From: Myxococcota bacterium
GTDB taxonomy: Bacteria; Myxococcota_A; Polyangia; Nannocystales; Nannocystaceae
NCBI GenBank assembly: GCA_039028615.1
Contig: JBCCHT010000002.1
Span: 256,001-320,000 of the forward strand
DNA: 64,000 bases
Reading direction: 5' to 3'
Shown: piece by piece, positions 29,260 through 38,876 of the stretch
Layout of the letters: each line of letters starts with the position of its first letter
Position numbering within the stretch: the first letter of the stretch is position 1
Made by a program: the position numbers and the translations under genes
Notes under the pieces: model-generated
Database searches by the model: none
What the model was told of the DNA's origin: nothing
Seen by the model: only the letters and a program-made list of their open reading frames with translations

Positions 29260-30030
29260 CGGCTCGAGGCAGCGGTGGCCGAGCATCTCTTTGCGCTCGA
29301 TCCACGCTTCCATCACCTCGCGCACCCGCTCCATCAGCAAGGGAATCTGCTCGTCCGTCAGCCCCTCGGTCTCGATCTGCGGCGCGATGTAGACCTCGAT
29401 GGGGCTCGGCCGAATGGTGAACGATCCCTTGGGCAGCAGCCTCGATGCGCCCCGCGACATCACGGGCACGATGGGCAAGCCAGCGTCACGCGCCGCCCGG
29501 AACACGCCCGTCTTCAGCTTGCCCAGGTGAGCGTCGAGCGTGCGGTGGCCCTCGGGGAACGCCAGCACCGAGATGCCCCGTGAAGCTCGCTCACGGAAGG
29601 CTTCGGCGATCCGTCGGAAGCGGCTGGCGCCCTTGCGCACCGGGATGGCGTTGCTGATCCGCAGGAGCCACCCGTAGCCCGGCACGTTGAGATGCGACGC
29701 GTTCTCCAGCCCGCATAGCGGCACGCGAATCGAGCCGATGGCGATGTTGGCATCGAGCATCGTCACGTGGTTTTGCGTGTACACGGAGACCCGGCTGGGG
29801 TCGTACTTCTCGTCTCGGATCACCCGAAGCGGCGAGAACATCAGGTACAGCGGCCACGCACACTTGTCGTGGAAGACCTTGTGCTGGAACTTCTCGAAGG
29901 GAACGAACAGCACGATCGGCAACGAGATGATGGCGATGATCATCATCGTGCCCAAGGTCGAAAGCCAAGCGACCAGGGACCACGGGAACCACAGCACGCT
30001 TCCCAGCAGGCTTCGGGCGGGATTGGCCAT
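29254..30030 (-). CDS. 1-acyl-sn-glycerol-3-phosphate acyltransferase (PlsC family)
   Basis: NHVTMLD (HxxxxD) and FPEGHRT motifs; N-terminal TM. Start is ATG 30030 or GTG 30048. Confidence 0.85.
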   Translation of the reverse strand: MANPARSLLGSVLWFPWSLVAWLSTLGTMMIIAIISLPIVLFVPFEKFQHKVFHDKCAWPLYLMFSPLRVIRDEKYDPSRVSVYTQNHVTMLDANIAIGSIRVPLCGLENASHLNVPGYGWLLRISNAIPVRKGASRFRRIAEAFRERASRGISVLAFPEGHRTLDAHLGKLKTGVFRAARDAGLPIVPVMSRGASRLLPKGSFTIRPSPIEVYIAPQIETEGLTDEQIPLLMERVREVMEAWIERKEMLGHRCLEPL

Positions 30031-30119
30031 GGCGGGATGATGCCCCACCCGTGCCTTGGGCGGGGACCTTCCCGCGTGAGCGGACCGGGTGCAATCGCGT
30101 GCGCAGCCCGAGCTCGTGC

Positions 30120-31271
30120 TCAGGGCAAGACTAGATCCGCCGCGACGGGGAAGTGATCGGACGCCACTTCGGAGACTTCACACTGGAGCGGATCGCCGGC
30201 CTTGCTCATCCAGCCGCCGCGCGGCGCATCGTCGACCCCGTTGTCCCGACAGGCGTTGTAGACCTCGGCCACCTGGAGCTGCGGACCCGCGAGCAGCACG
30301 TAGTCCAGGCGCACGAGATCGGCCCAGGTCTCGTCCCGAGCGCTGTCCTCCTGCGTCGCGTCGACCCGGGAAAACCCGAGGTCCGCGAAGGTCTCGAAGG
30401 GCTGGTACAGCAGCGGGAACTCGATGTCCGAGCCGACCTCGTACGAGTCGGGCAGACCGGGCGGAATGGACTCGAACACCGAGCCCAGCGCGGGGTCGTC
30501 GATGCTCTCGTTGAGGTCCCCGAGGATGACCATCGGGTCGCCGGGATACTCCGCTTGGTACAGCGCCACCGCCTGCGCCACGCGGTGCGCTTCGACCTGG
30601 CGACGGAACCAATCCAGGGGCTCCTGCCCCGACTTGAGGTGCAGCGTCACCAGCCCCAAGCGACACGGCGGCTCGCCTGCCTCCGCCAGGTCGGCCTGCA
30701 CGACGAGGATGTCGCGCCCCACGTCGTTGGACTGGCCGCCTGGGCTGAGCTCCGCCCCGCCGTAGGAGCCCACGATGCGCAGGCCGGGTCGGCTCATGCA
30801 CGCGTTCGTGAACTCGCCCCCGATCGCGGGCGGGCGGTTGCCCTGAATGACGTCGGGATAGCCCGCCGCATTGCCCAGCGCGAACAGGGACGTCGTCTCC
30901 CACTCCACCACCTCTTGCAGACACACGATGTCCGCGTCGATGCGCTGGAGGATGTCGACCGCCGCCCCGAAGCTGTCGGAGGCCTCGGCCCCCACGCTCT
31001 CGATGTTGAAGGTCGCGACGCGAACCGTTCGACCGCCGCACGCCGAGGGCTGCACCCCGGAGTCGCTGCTGTCGGCCGACTCCGCCGCCGAGTCACCGCC
31101 CGTCGTGTCCCCCGTGCCGAAGCTCGGGATCACGTTGGTGGTCATCGCCGGATCGGAGCCCGAGGACCCGCCGTCCCCATCGACGCCCAGCGCCGCCTCG
31201 AGGTTGCAGGCCAGCCCGAACCCGGCCAGCACCGCGATCCCGCTCCCCGTGATCGTGCCGCGTATGCTCAT
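30120..31271 (-). CDS. Endonuclease/exonuclease/phosphatase (EEP) family lipoprotein
   Basis: Lipobox GLAC; RVATFNI, DADIVCLQEV, HLKS, GDLN, RLDYV and SDHFPV motifs. Confidence 0.9.
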   Translation of the reverse strand: MSIRGTITGSGIAVLAGFGLACNLEAALGVDGDGGSSGSDPAMTTNVIPSFGTGDTTGGDSAAESADSSDSGVQPSACGGRTVRVATFNIESVGAEASDSFGAAVDILQRIDADIVCLQEVVEWETTSLFALGNAAGYPDVIQGNRPPAIGGEFTNACMSRPGLRIVGSYGGAELSPGGQSNDVGRDILVVQADLAEAGEPPCRLGLVTLHLKSGQEPLDWFRRQVEAHRVAQAVALYQAEYPGDPMVILGDLNESIDDPALGSVFESIPPGLPDSYEVGSDIEFPLLYQPFETFADLGFSRVDATQEDSARDETWADLVRLDYVLLAGPQLQVAEVYNACRDNGVDDAPRGGWMSKAGDPLQCEVSEVASDHFPVAADLVLP

Positions 31272-31424
31272 CCGCCCCGGCCGGGAGCTTATCAGCCCCT
31301 CGGAAACCCCGTTGGCCGCCCAAAGCGCCTTCAATCGACGATCCTTTGGCAACCAAGGCCACGCGCGTCCGTCTTTTCGAACCGAGGGACGACCGTCGTG
31401 CGTACGTCCTGGAGACACAGCCCC

Positions 31425-32111
31425 ATGACTGCACCCGAGACCCCCTCGAATACTCGTCACTGGGGCCTGCGCGCCGCCGGCACTGGCCTGCTGGCGTGCG
31501 GCCTCGGCACCCTCCTCGGCACGTCCCGCTACGTCGCCCTTCCCGGCGCGCTCGGCCTCGATTGGAGCCAAATGCCGCTGGCCATCGCGATCTTTGCCGC
31601 GTTCGCGGGGATCTCGGTCGGCCTGTGTGTGGGCGGCTCCACTCTGCTCGCGGCTCGCCGCGGGGCGGGACCGCTGGGGCTGATGCTGGCTGGCGCGGTG
31701 GGCGGATTCCTCTCGGGGCTCGGTCCGGGCGTGCTGGGCATCGCGGGCTTCGGCTCGCTGCATGCTCCGTACGCAGGGACCGCCAACATCCTCAGCTCGT
31801 CGCTGGTCGGGGCGATCACCTTCGTGGCTCTGTGGTCGCCGCAGCTGTTCCCGAACCGCGGAGGGATCTCGCCGCTGCGTCACCTGGGGCACGCGTCCAT
31901 CGCATCGATCGTGTCGCTGGGGGCCTTCGGCATGATGGGCTGGACCCTCGCCCAGGGCTTCGACCTCGTTCCCCGCTTCGACCAGATCGAAGCCACGGCA
32001 CGCGCCATCGGGCTGCTCCCCTTCTCGATGATCACGGGCGGCCTGCTCGGAGCCATCGGCGGGGCGGCCATCGGGGCCGCGTGTGCTCTCGTGGGTCGAC
32101 TGCGGCGCTGA
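31425..32111 (+). CDS. Hypothetical Gly/Ala-rich integral membrane protein (about 6 TM)
   Basis: C-terminal part of the 30153..32111 ORF; GGAG before ATG 31425; several hydrophobic segments; followed by a terminator. Confidence 0.7.
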   Translation: MTAPETPSNTRHWGLRAAGTGLLACGLGTLLGTSRYVALPGALGLDWSQMPLAIAIFAAFAGISVGLCVGGSTLLAARRGAGPLGLMLAGAVGGFLSGLGPGVLGIAGFGSLHAPYAGTANILSSSLVGAITFVALWSPQLFPNRGGISPLRHLGHASIASIVSLGAFGMMGWTLAQGFDLVPRFDQIEATARAIGLLPFSMITGGLLGAIGGAAIGAACALVGRLRR

Positions 32112-32136
32112 AGCCTATCGAGTTTGGGGCTCGACG

Positions 32137-32167
32137 AGGGTGCTCGCTTTGGCGGGTGCCCTTTTTT
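32137..32167 (+). terminator. Intrinsic terminator, copy 1
   Basis: GGGTGCTCGC-TTTG-GCGGGTGCCC stem (three G-U pairs, valid on +) followed by TTTTTT. Confidence 0.85.
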
Positions 32168-32196
32168 CGTGCAGGCGCGGGAGGGAGCTGGGTTGA

Positions 32197-32404
32197 GCGC
32201 TCGAGTTGTAGGGAGGTTGGCGTGCCGGTCGGGCAGGTCGCCTGTTCGCCGGATTGAGTATTCCGGCCGTGCTCAAACAGTGGTTTCACTCCTTGTCACA
32301 GCGTACCTACGCGCAAGAGCTTGGCAGACCGCGTCTGGTTGTGGGCGAGTCGCTACCAAAACTGCGCGCGCCCGGAATACTCAACCCGACGACGGCTCCC
32401 GCTT
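32197..32404 (+). repeat. Left arm core of a long inverted repeat (208 bp)
   Basis: Ungapped reverse-complement match to 32737-32944 with 3 mismatches by manual alignment. Weaker similarity extends outwards to the terminators and inwards to about 32459/32681. Confidence 0.95.
32254..32384. mobile_element. MITE-like or structured repeat element with 13-bp terminal inverted repeats, copy 1
   Basis: TTGAGTATTCCGG (32254-32266) ... CCGGAATACTCAA (32372-32384); non-coding, with internal hairpins. Confidence 0.5.
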
Positions 32405-32736
32405 CACTCGGTACGACGGGGCCGATCCATGGGGGCGGGTTTCGGGTTGGTGGCGCGCCCTGGGGACCTACGGGACCTCCTCGGTGTTCGCACGAGTACT
32501 CCGCCACGTGACTGCGTCTCACAACTGCTCGAGTCGAACTCTCTTCAAGAACACTCGAAGTGCACCGCGGGGCCGTTCAGGCGAGCCCTCCGCAAACGAA
32601 CCTCAACGGAATGGCCCGCTCCCTTCGCTCGCAGAGCACTCCGCACAACCGCGGGTTGGTCGCCACGCGGTCCACCAAACGGCGCACCACCGACCCCAAA
32701 CCCCGCCCCTTCGGATCGGCCCAGCCATACCGAGCC

Positions 32737-32944
32737 AAGCGGGAGCCGTCGTCGGGTTGAGTATTCCGGGCGCGCGCAGTTTTGGTAGCGACTCGCCCAC
32801 AACCAGACGCGGTCTGCCAAGCCCTTGCGCGTAGGTACGCTGTGACAAGGAGTGAAACCACTGTTTGAGCACGGCCGGAATACTCAATCCGGCGAACAGG
32901 CGACCTGCCCCACCGGCACGCCAACCTCCCCACAACTCGAGCGC
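32737..32944 (-). repeat. Right arm core of the long inverted repeat (208 bp)
   Basis: Reverse complement of 32197-32404. Confidence 0.95.
32757..32887. mobile_element. MITE-like or structured repeat element, copy 2 (inverted)
   Basis: Same 13-bp TIRs; one mismatch relative to copy 1. Confidence 0.5.
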
Positions 32945-33002
32945 CAAACCCGTCCCCGCGCCCGCGCCCGCGCCCGAACACCTCACTCCCAAAAACCAAA
33001 AG

Positions 33003-33035
33003 AAAAGGGGCACCCGCCAAAGCGAGCACCCCTTT
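33003..33035 (-). terminator. Intrinsic terminator of groEL, copy 2
   Basis: On the - strand: GGGGTGCTCGC-TTTG-GCGGGTGCCCC-TTTTCTTTT, about 30 nt after the groEL stop. Confidence 0.9.
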
Positions 33036-33063
33036 CGATGGCGACCCCGAAGGGCCCGAGCAC

Positions 33064-34728
<1,665 letters not shown>

Positions 34729-34748
34729 CTAAAAACCGGTGGGGGCGA

Positions 34749-35039
34749 TTAGCCCTCGATGACGGCGAGGATCTCTTCCTCGCGCAGGACGATGTGCTCT
34801 TCGCCGTCGAGCTTCAGCTCGGTGCCGGCGTACTTGCCGAAGAGGACCTCGTCGCCCTTCTTGACGTCGAGGGCGAGGCGATTGCCATCGCCGTCGCGCT
34901 TGCCCTCGCCAGTGGCGACGACCTTGCCGCGAGCGGGCTTCTCTTTGGCGCTATCGGGGATGTAAAGACCGCCAGCGGTCTTGGTCTCCTCGGCCACGCG
35001 CGTGACCACGACGCGGTCGTGCAGGGGACGGATCTTCAT
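34749..35039 (-). CDS. groES: Co-chaperonin GroES
   Basis: [12 protein letters not shown]...[23 protein letters not shown] before ATG 35039. Confidence 0.98.
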   Translation of the reverse strand: MKIRPLHDRVVVTRVAEETKTAGGLYIPDSAKEKPARGKVVATGEGKRDGDGNRLALDVKKGDEVLFGKYAGTELKLDGEEHIVLREEEILAVIEG

Positions 35040-35154
35040 CGGTGATTCTCCTGGCTGAACTTTGTGGGGTGAAGTGGGAGGCGCGGCTCGAATCGAAATG
35101 GCTCGAGGCCGCAAACCGCCGGGCATCCTCGCGAGATCGCTGAGGATTCCTTCT

Positions 35155-35181
35155 CTGGCACTCGGACCCCCCGAGTGCTAG
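35155..35181. promoter_or_regulatory. CIRCE element (HrcA operator)
   Basis: CTGGCACTC-N9-GAGTGCTAG versus the consensus TTAGCACTC-N9-GAGTGCTAA, upstream of groES. Confidence 0.9.
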
Positions 35182-35189
35182 GCGGGCGC

Positions 35190-35217
35190 ACTCTAACCTC
35201 ACCGCTCGACGGGTCAA
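35190..35217 (-). promoter_or_regulatory. Sigma70-type promoter of groESL
   Basis: On the - strand TTGACC (35217-35212), 16 bp, then TAGAGT (35195-35190), immediately upstream of the CIRCE box. Confidence 0.65.
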
Positions 35218-35369
35218 CCCGACCCCGAAGAAAAAATCCGAGTCCTCCGTGCACATAGCCGTGGGCTGTCTCACACTTAAACAGCAGGGGCACACAAGAG
35301 CCCCCGTAGGTCGTCCCGGGCCGCTCTACGACGAAAGGAAACGCACTCCTCGAACGAGGTGAATGACAC

Positions 35370-35957
35370 ATGGACGATTCAATGGCGCTGCACCACCACA
35401 CCCTCGAGTCCTTCTTCTTCGAGGAAATCGACCACGCCCAAAAACGAAGTGGGCACAGCCTCTCAGGGACGGTCGAAGCCTATGTGGTCGGCCTATTGGC
35501 TCGTTTCGCGCGTCGAACTCAGGTCGCGGGGCGTAAGAGTCGGCCGCTCGCGCTCGACTACCTCAGCGCCCGCGGCGAGCGGGGATCGGCCCGTGCCACT
35601 GCCCTGCGAGGCGTCGGCGACCGGGCGCTGTACATCAGCGGCGTCGCGCCACGTAGTCTGCATCGCAGCCCGGTCAACGTCCGATACATCCGGGGGATCG
35701 GCGAAGCCGCCTACCGCGAGGTCGCCGATCGCAGCGAATGGAGCGGCGCCCTCGCCGTCCTCGGAGAGCTCGCCGAGAGCTTCGAGGGGGTGGCCGAAGT
35801 GATCAGCGCGGTGGTCGACCTCGACGCCAAGTCCGGCACCTCGGATCTGCTCGGCCTGTACGAACGCTGGCGTCGCGACGGCGACCCTCGGGACCGCCGT
35901 CGCCTGCTGGAAGCCGGCGTATTCCTCGACACCGCCGGCTCCGACCAGGTCCAATGA
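35370..35957 (+). CDS. Hypothetical protein (first of a coupled pair divergent from groES)
   Basis: RBS GAGGTG; EAYVVGLL, LRGVGDRALYISG, YIRGIGEAAY and LYERW segments. Confidence 0.8.
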   Translation: MDDSMALHHHTLESFFFEEIDHAQKRSGHSLSGTVEAYVVGLLARFARRTQVAGRKSRPLALDYLSARGERGSARATALRGVGDRALYISGVAPRSLHRSPVNVRYIRGIGEAAYREVADRSEWSGALAVLGELAESFEGVAEVISAVVDLDAKSGTSDLLGLYERWRRDGDPRDRRRLLEAGVFLDTAGSDQVQ

Positions 35958-36583
35958 GCACGGCGGCCACCGGTTCGCTGCTGCAACGACTCTACCGGGG
36001 GCTCGAGGCTCTGTACCAGACCGAGACGGGGGTCGACCCCGAGGCGCTCGTCGTCCGTCGACCCCCGCAGCCCGGTGCCCGCGAGCTGCTGCTGCTGCGC
36101 GAGGCCGAGGACGGCGACCTCGAAGTCGCGCTCGTCTTCGACGAACAGATGCTCGCCCGCTTCGAGAGCAGCGTGGCCGACCGAGCGTTGTCCGACGAGA
36201 ACCTGCACGACGCGATCCCTGTCGTCGAAGGCCTCAGTCACCTGGTCTACATCGCCGAGGCCGCCCGCCAGAACCGACCGGTGAGCGGCCTCGAGCTCGA
36301 GACCCAGGCCGAGGTCGACAAGCTGGGCCTGTGTTTGCTGCAGCGCTGGCCCGACGCCCGCGATCACTTCGATCGCCTGGTGGACCGGCTCTACTATCGC
36401 TTCGAGCTGCACCCCATGAGCGACGCCCTGGCGCGACGCTATCGAACCGCGAACCGGCTGGCGCTCGGCTTCTCGCGGCAGCTTCGACCTCACGTGGCCG
36501 AGGGCCGGCTCGACGCGCTGCGCCGCGAGCTCCGAGACTTCTGGGGCGCGTCGATGGACGGCAAGCGCTCGCGCGCCGCCTGA
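35954..36583 (+). CDS. Hypothetical protein (second of the pair; EGxSH / ELExQAEVDK motifs)
   Basis: ATG 35954 overlaps the upstream stop (ATGA); C-terminal part of the 35738..36583 ORF. Confidence 0.8.
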   Translation: MSTAATGSLLQRLYRGLEALYQTETGVDPEALVVRRPPQPGARELLLLREAEDGDLEVALVFDEQMLARFESSVADRALSDENLHDAIPVVEGLSHLVYIAEAARQNRPVSGLELETQAEVDKLGLCLLQRWPDARDHFDRLVDRLYYRFELHPMSDALARRYRTANRLALGFSRQLRPHVAEGRLDALRRELRDFWGASMDGKRSRAA

Positions 36584-36628
36584 GCTCCCGAGCGTCGAGA
36601 GCAGGCGGCGGGCCCACGCGTTCGTCCC

Positions 36629-37720
36629 CTACTCCGTCAGCAGCTGGTGGGTCGCGATCTCGTCGTCGGTCATCCAGTGGATGTCCTCGGCGGGCGCGGC
36701 CGCGAGCGTGAACCAGTAGAAGTCGGGGCCGAGCGGGTCACCCAACATCTCGATGAAGTACGCGAGCTGAGACTCGTGAGCGGGGTGGTCCTGGGGGTAG
36801 TCCGCGCCGTCCATCACTCCATCGGACCACGAGTGGACCCCGAGCATCGCGCCCGGCTCGATCGAGCGCTCGAAGCCGGCGCAGAACAAGTCGACCCCGC
36901 CCGAGGCGATCTGGCCGTCCGCAGGGACGAAGGTGCCCCAGCCCGCCTCGCGGATCAGGCGGCCGGTCTGCACGTTGACCTCGTCGTTGATGGAGCCCGG
37001 TACGTCTTGCATCACGAGCGTGTCGACCTCGGGGCGCTGCTCGATGATGGCGTCGACCTGGCGATACGTGACGCTGCCCAGCGTGCCCTCGAGGGTGGCG
37101 GTCGACCCGTCGATCGCGAAGCGAGACGTGCCCGCCCCGAAGAAGAAGCACGCGGAGAGGGTGCGAGTCTCTGAGCCGTCGGACTGTTGCACGATCATCG
37201 GGTCGACCGAGACCGAGCCGAGCTCTTCGTCGAAGCTGATGCCGTCGGTCTGGCCCTCGAAGAGGGTCTCCCCTTCGAGCCACAGGACCGCCCCGGTGGG
37301 TTCTTCGCTCGCGGCATCGATGGGAACGAGCAGCACGCGGTCGCCCATGATGACTGCGATGGCGAGCATGCCGTCGATGTCGGTGGGAGCGACCTCCTCG
37401 ACTTCGAGGGCTTGGTCATCGACCCGGATGGCACCGGAGGCCACCCCATCGATGAGGTCGTCGAAGCTCAGGCGATCGATCGAGACGCACTCGGCCGGGG
37501 GCCCGAGATCGGTGCCTCCGCTCGTGTCGTCGGCGTGGGTGGGAGCGGTCGTAGACTCCGTCGCATCGTCGACGGCGGCGCTGCTCGTGCTTCCGTCGGC
37601 CGACTCGGTCGCGCTCGACGGCGTCTGCGTGTCTTCGGCACCCGGAGCGACCGGGCACGCGGCGGCACTCAGGGTCAGGAGCGAAAGGAAAGGGACTTGG
37701 ACTCGGGTCCAGTGGGACAT
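36629..37720 (-). CDS. Lipoprotein with a C-terminal ClpP/crotonase-like (COG3904-type) domain
   Basis: Lipobox AAAC; Ser/Thr linker; VPGS..D, IASGGVDLFCAG, LGVHSW and IHWMT..EI motifs. Confidence 0.72.
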   Translation of the reverse strand: MSHWTRVQVPFLSLLTLSAAACPVAPGAEDTQTPSSATESADGSTSSAAVDDATESTTAPTHADDTSGGTDLGPPAECVSIDRLSFDDLIDGVASGAIRVDDQALEVEEVAPTDIDGMLAIAVIMGDRVLLVPIDAASEEPTGAVLWLEGETLFEGQTDGISFDEELGSVSVDPMIVQQSDGSETRTLSACFFFGAGTSRFAIDGSTATLEGTLGSVTYRQVDAIIEQRPEVDTLVMQDVPGSINDEVNVQTGRLIREAGWGTFVPADGQIASGGVDLFCAGFERSIEPGAMLGVHSWSDGVMDGADYPQDHPAHESQLAYFIEMLGDPLGPDFYWFTLAAAPAEDIHWMTDDEIATHQLLTE

Positions 37721-38053
37721 GGCGAATGCCTCGGTCGGTTGCGATGACGCACCGAGGACCGAGAGGCACGCATATGCCCGAAGCAGCTCCACGTAGGATC
37801 AGCGCCGCTCCCGGTCACCTGCGGGCCACCGAGAACCGGAGAGCGCCACCAGCTGACTGAGATCGGGCGGTAACAAGCACGTCCCGCGGCTCCGATCATG
37901 TCCGAAAGATACTGTCGTCCGAGGGCGGCGCAAGCCGGGACCGCGTTCGCTCACGAACGAGGGGTGACGCGTCGCACCAGGGCCACGAGCGCCCGAAGAA
38001 ACCGGTCGAACGCCTGAAACCTCGCGGCGACGCGGTCGGCGGAACGCCGAGGC

Positions 38054-38836
38054 TCAGAAGCAGACCGCGGTGTCGCCCTTCAGCGGGAAGCACTCCTGCC
38101 CCTCGGGGCACTCGGGTGCTTCGAGATCGCAGGGCAGCAAGCATGCCGCGATCACCTCGTCATTGGCGACCGCACAGACCCGCTCCGCGTCGGCACAGGT
38201 CGGTGGTTCGATCGACTCGCAGAACGACACGCAGGTTCCGGTCAGGGCGTCGGGATCGACGTGAAAGCACATCGACGTGGCATCGCAATCGTCGATACCG
38301 CTGGTGGGCGAGCCGACCATGGTGCAGGGTTCACCCGCAGCGGCGGGGGTGTCCGAGATCGGAGCGCAGCGGGTGGCGTTCCATGCTTCGCCGCCATCGT
38401 TGGCCCACGGCATGCACTTTTCCCCGTCGGGGCAATCTTGCTCGATGATGTCGCACTCGTTCTCGACGCCACCGTCCGCGCCCCCGCCGTAGATGAAACC
38501 GGCGCCGGAGTTGGAATCGTCGACACCGCTGTCGGCATCGGTGGTGGTCGTGTCGAAGGCACCGCCCGACGAGTCCGCCGCCCCATTGGAGGTGGAGGTG
38601 AACGAGTCCTGATTGCCGTCGTCCGCGGGCGAGGTGGCGGTGGTGGTCACGTTGGCTCCGCCCGAGCCGTCGCCGCCCGACGGGAGCGTGCCGTCGTCGC
38701 TGCAGCCGACGAGGACCCCGGCCAGCCCGAGCACCGCGATCAGGGGGGCGCCGACTTCGCGAAGCGGGGCCCGGCAGAACGGGCACGACGGTTCGGAGGC
38801 GCGGACATGCCGGTCACAGCTCGGGCAGCTCTTCAT
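38054..38836 (-). CDS. Cys-rich lipoprotein with an N-terminal CxxCxRH...CPFC leader and a single YG motif; candidate rSAM substrate
   Basis: MKSCPSCDRHVRASEPSCPFC, lipobox LVGC (Cys45), Ser/Thr/Gly/Asp linker with FIYGG (Tyr116), then the CDIIEQDCPDGEKCMPWANDGG domain. Confidence 0.85.
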   Translation of the reverse strand: MKSCPSCDRHVRASEPSCPFCRAPLREVGAPLIAVLGLAGVLVGCSDDGTLPSGGDGSGGANVTTTATSPADDGNQDSFTSTSNGAADSSGGAFDTTTTDADSGVDDSNSGAGFIYGGGADGGVENECDIIEQDCPDGEKCMPWANDGGEAWNATRCAPISDTPAAAGEPCTMVGSPTSGIDDCDATSMCFHVDPDALTGTCVSFCESIEPPTCADAERVCAVANDEVIAACLLPCDLEAPECPEGQECFPLKGDTAVCF

Positions 38837-38876
38837 TGCCCTTCAAGGCTAACAAAACAAACTACTATTACCAACA

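Noticed and set aside
32197..32944. CRISPR array or tRNA interpretation of the repeats
   Set aside because: Only two long inverted copies, with no regularly spaced short direct repeats, no cas genes and no tRNA T-loop/D-loop consensus.
37721..38053. Possible small precursor peptide or RRE gene downstream of the rSAM locus
   Set aside because: The short ORFs there (37675-37899, 37896-38144) lack YG motifs, an RBS or PqqD-like features.
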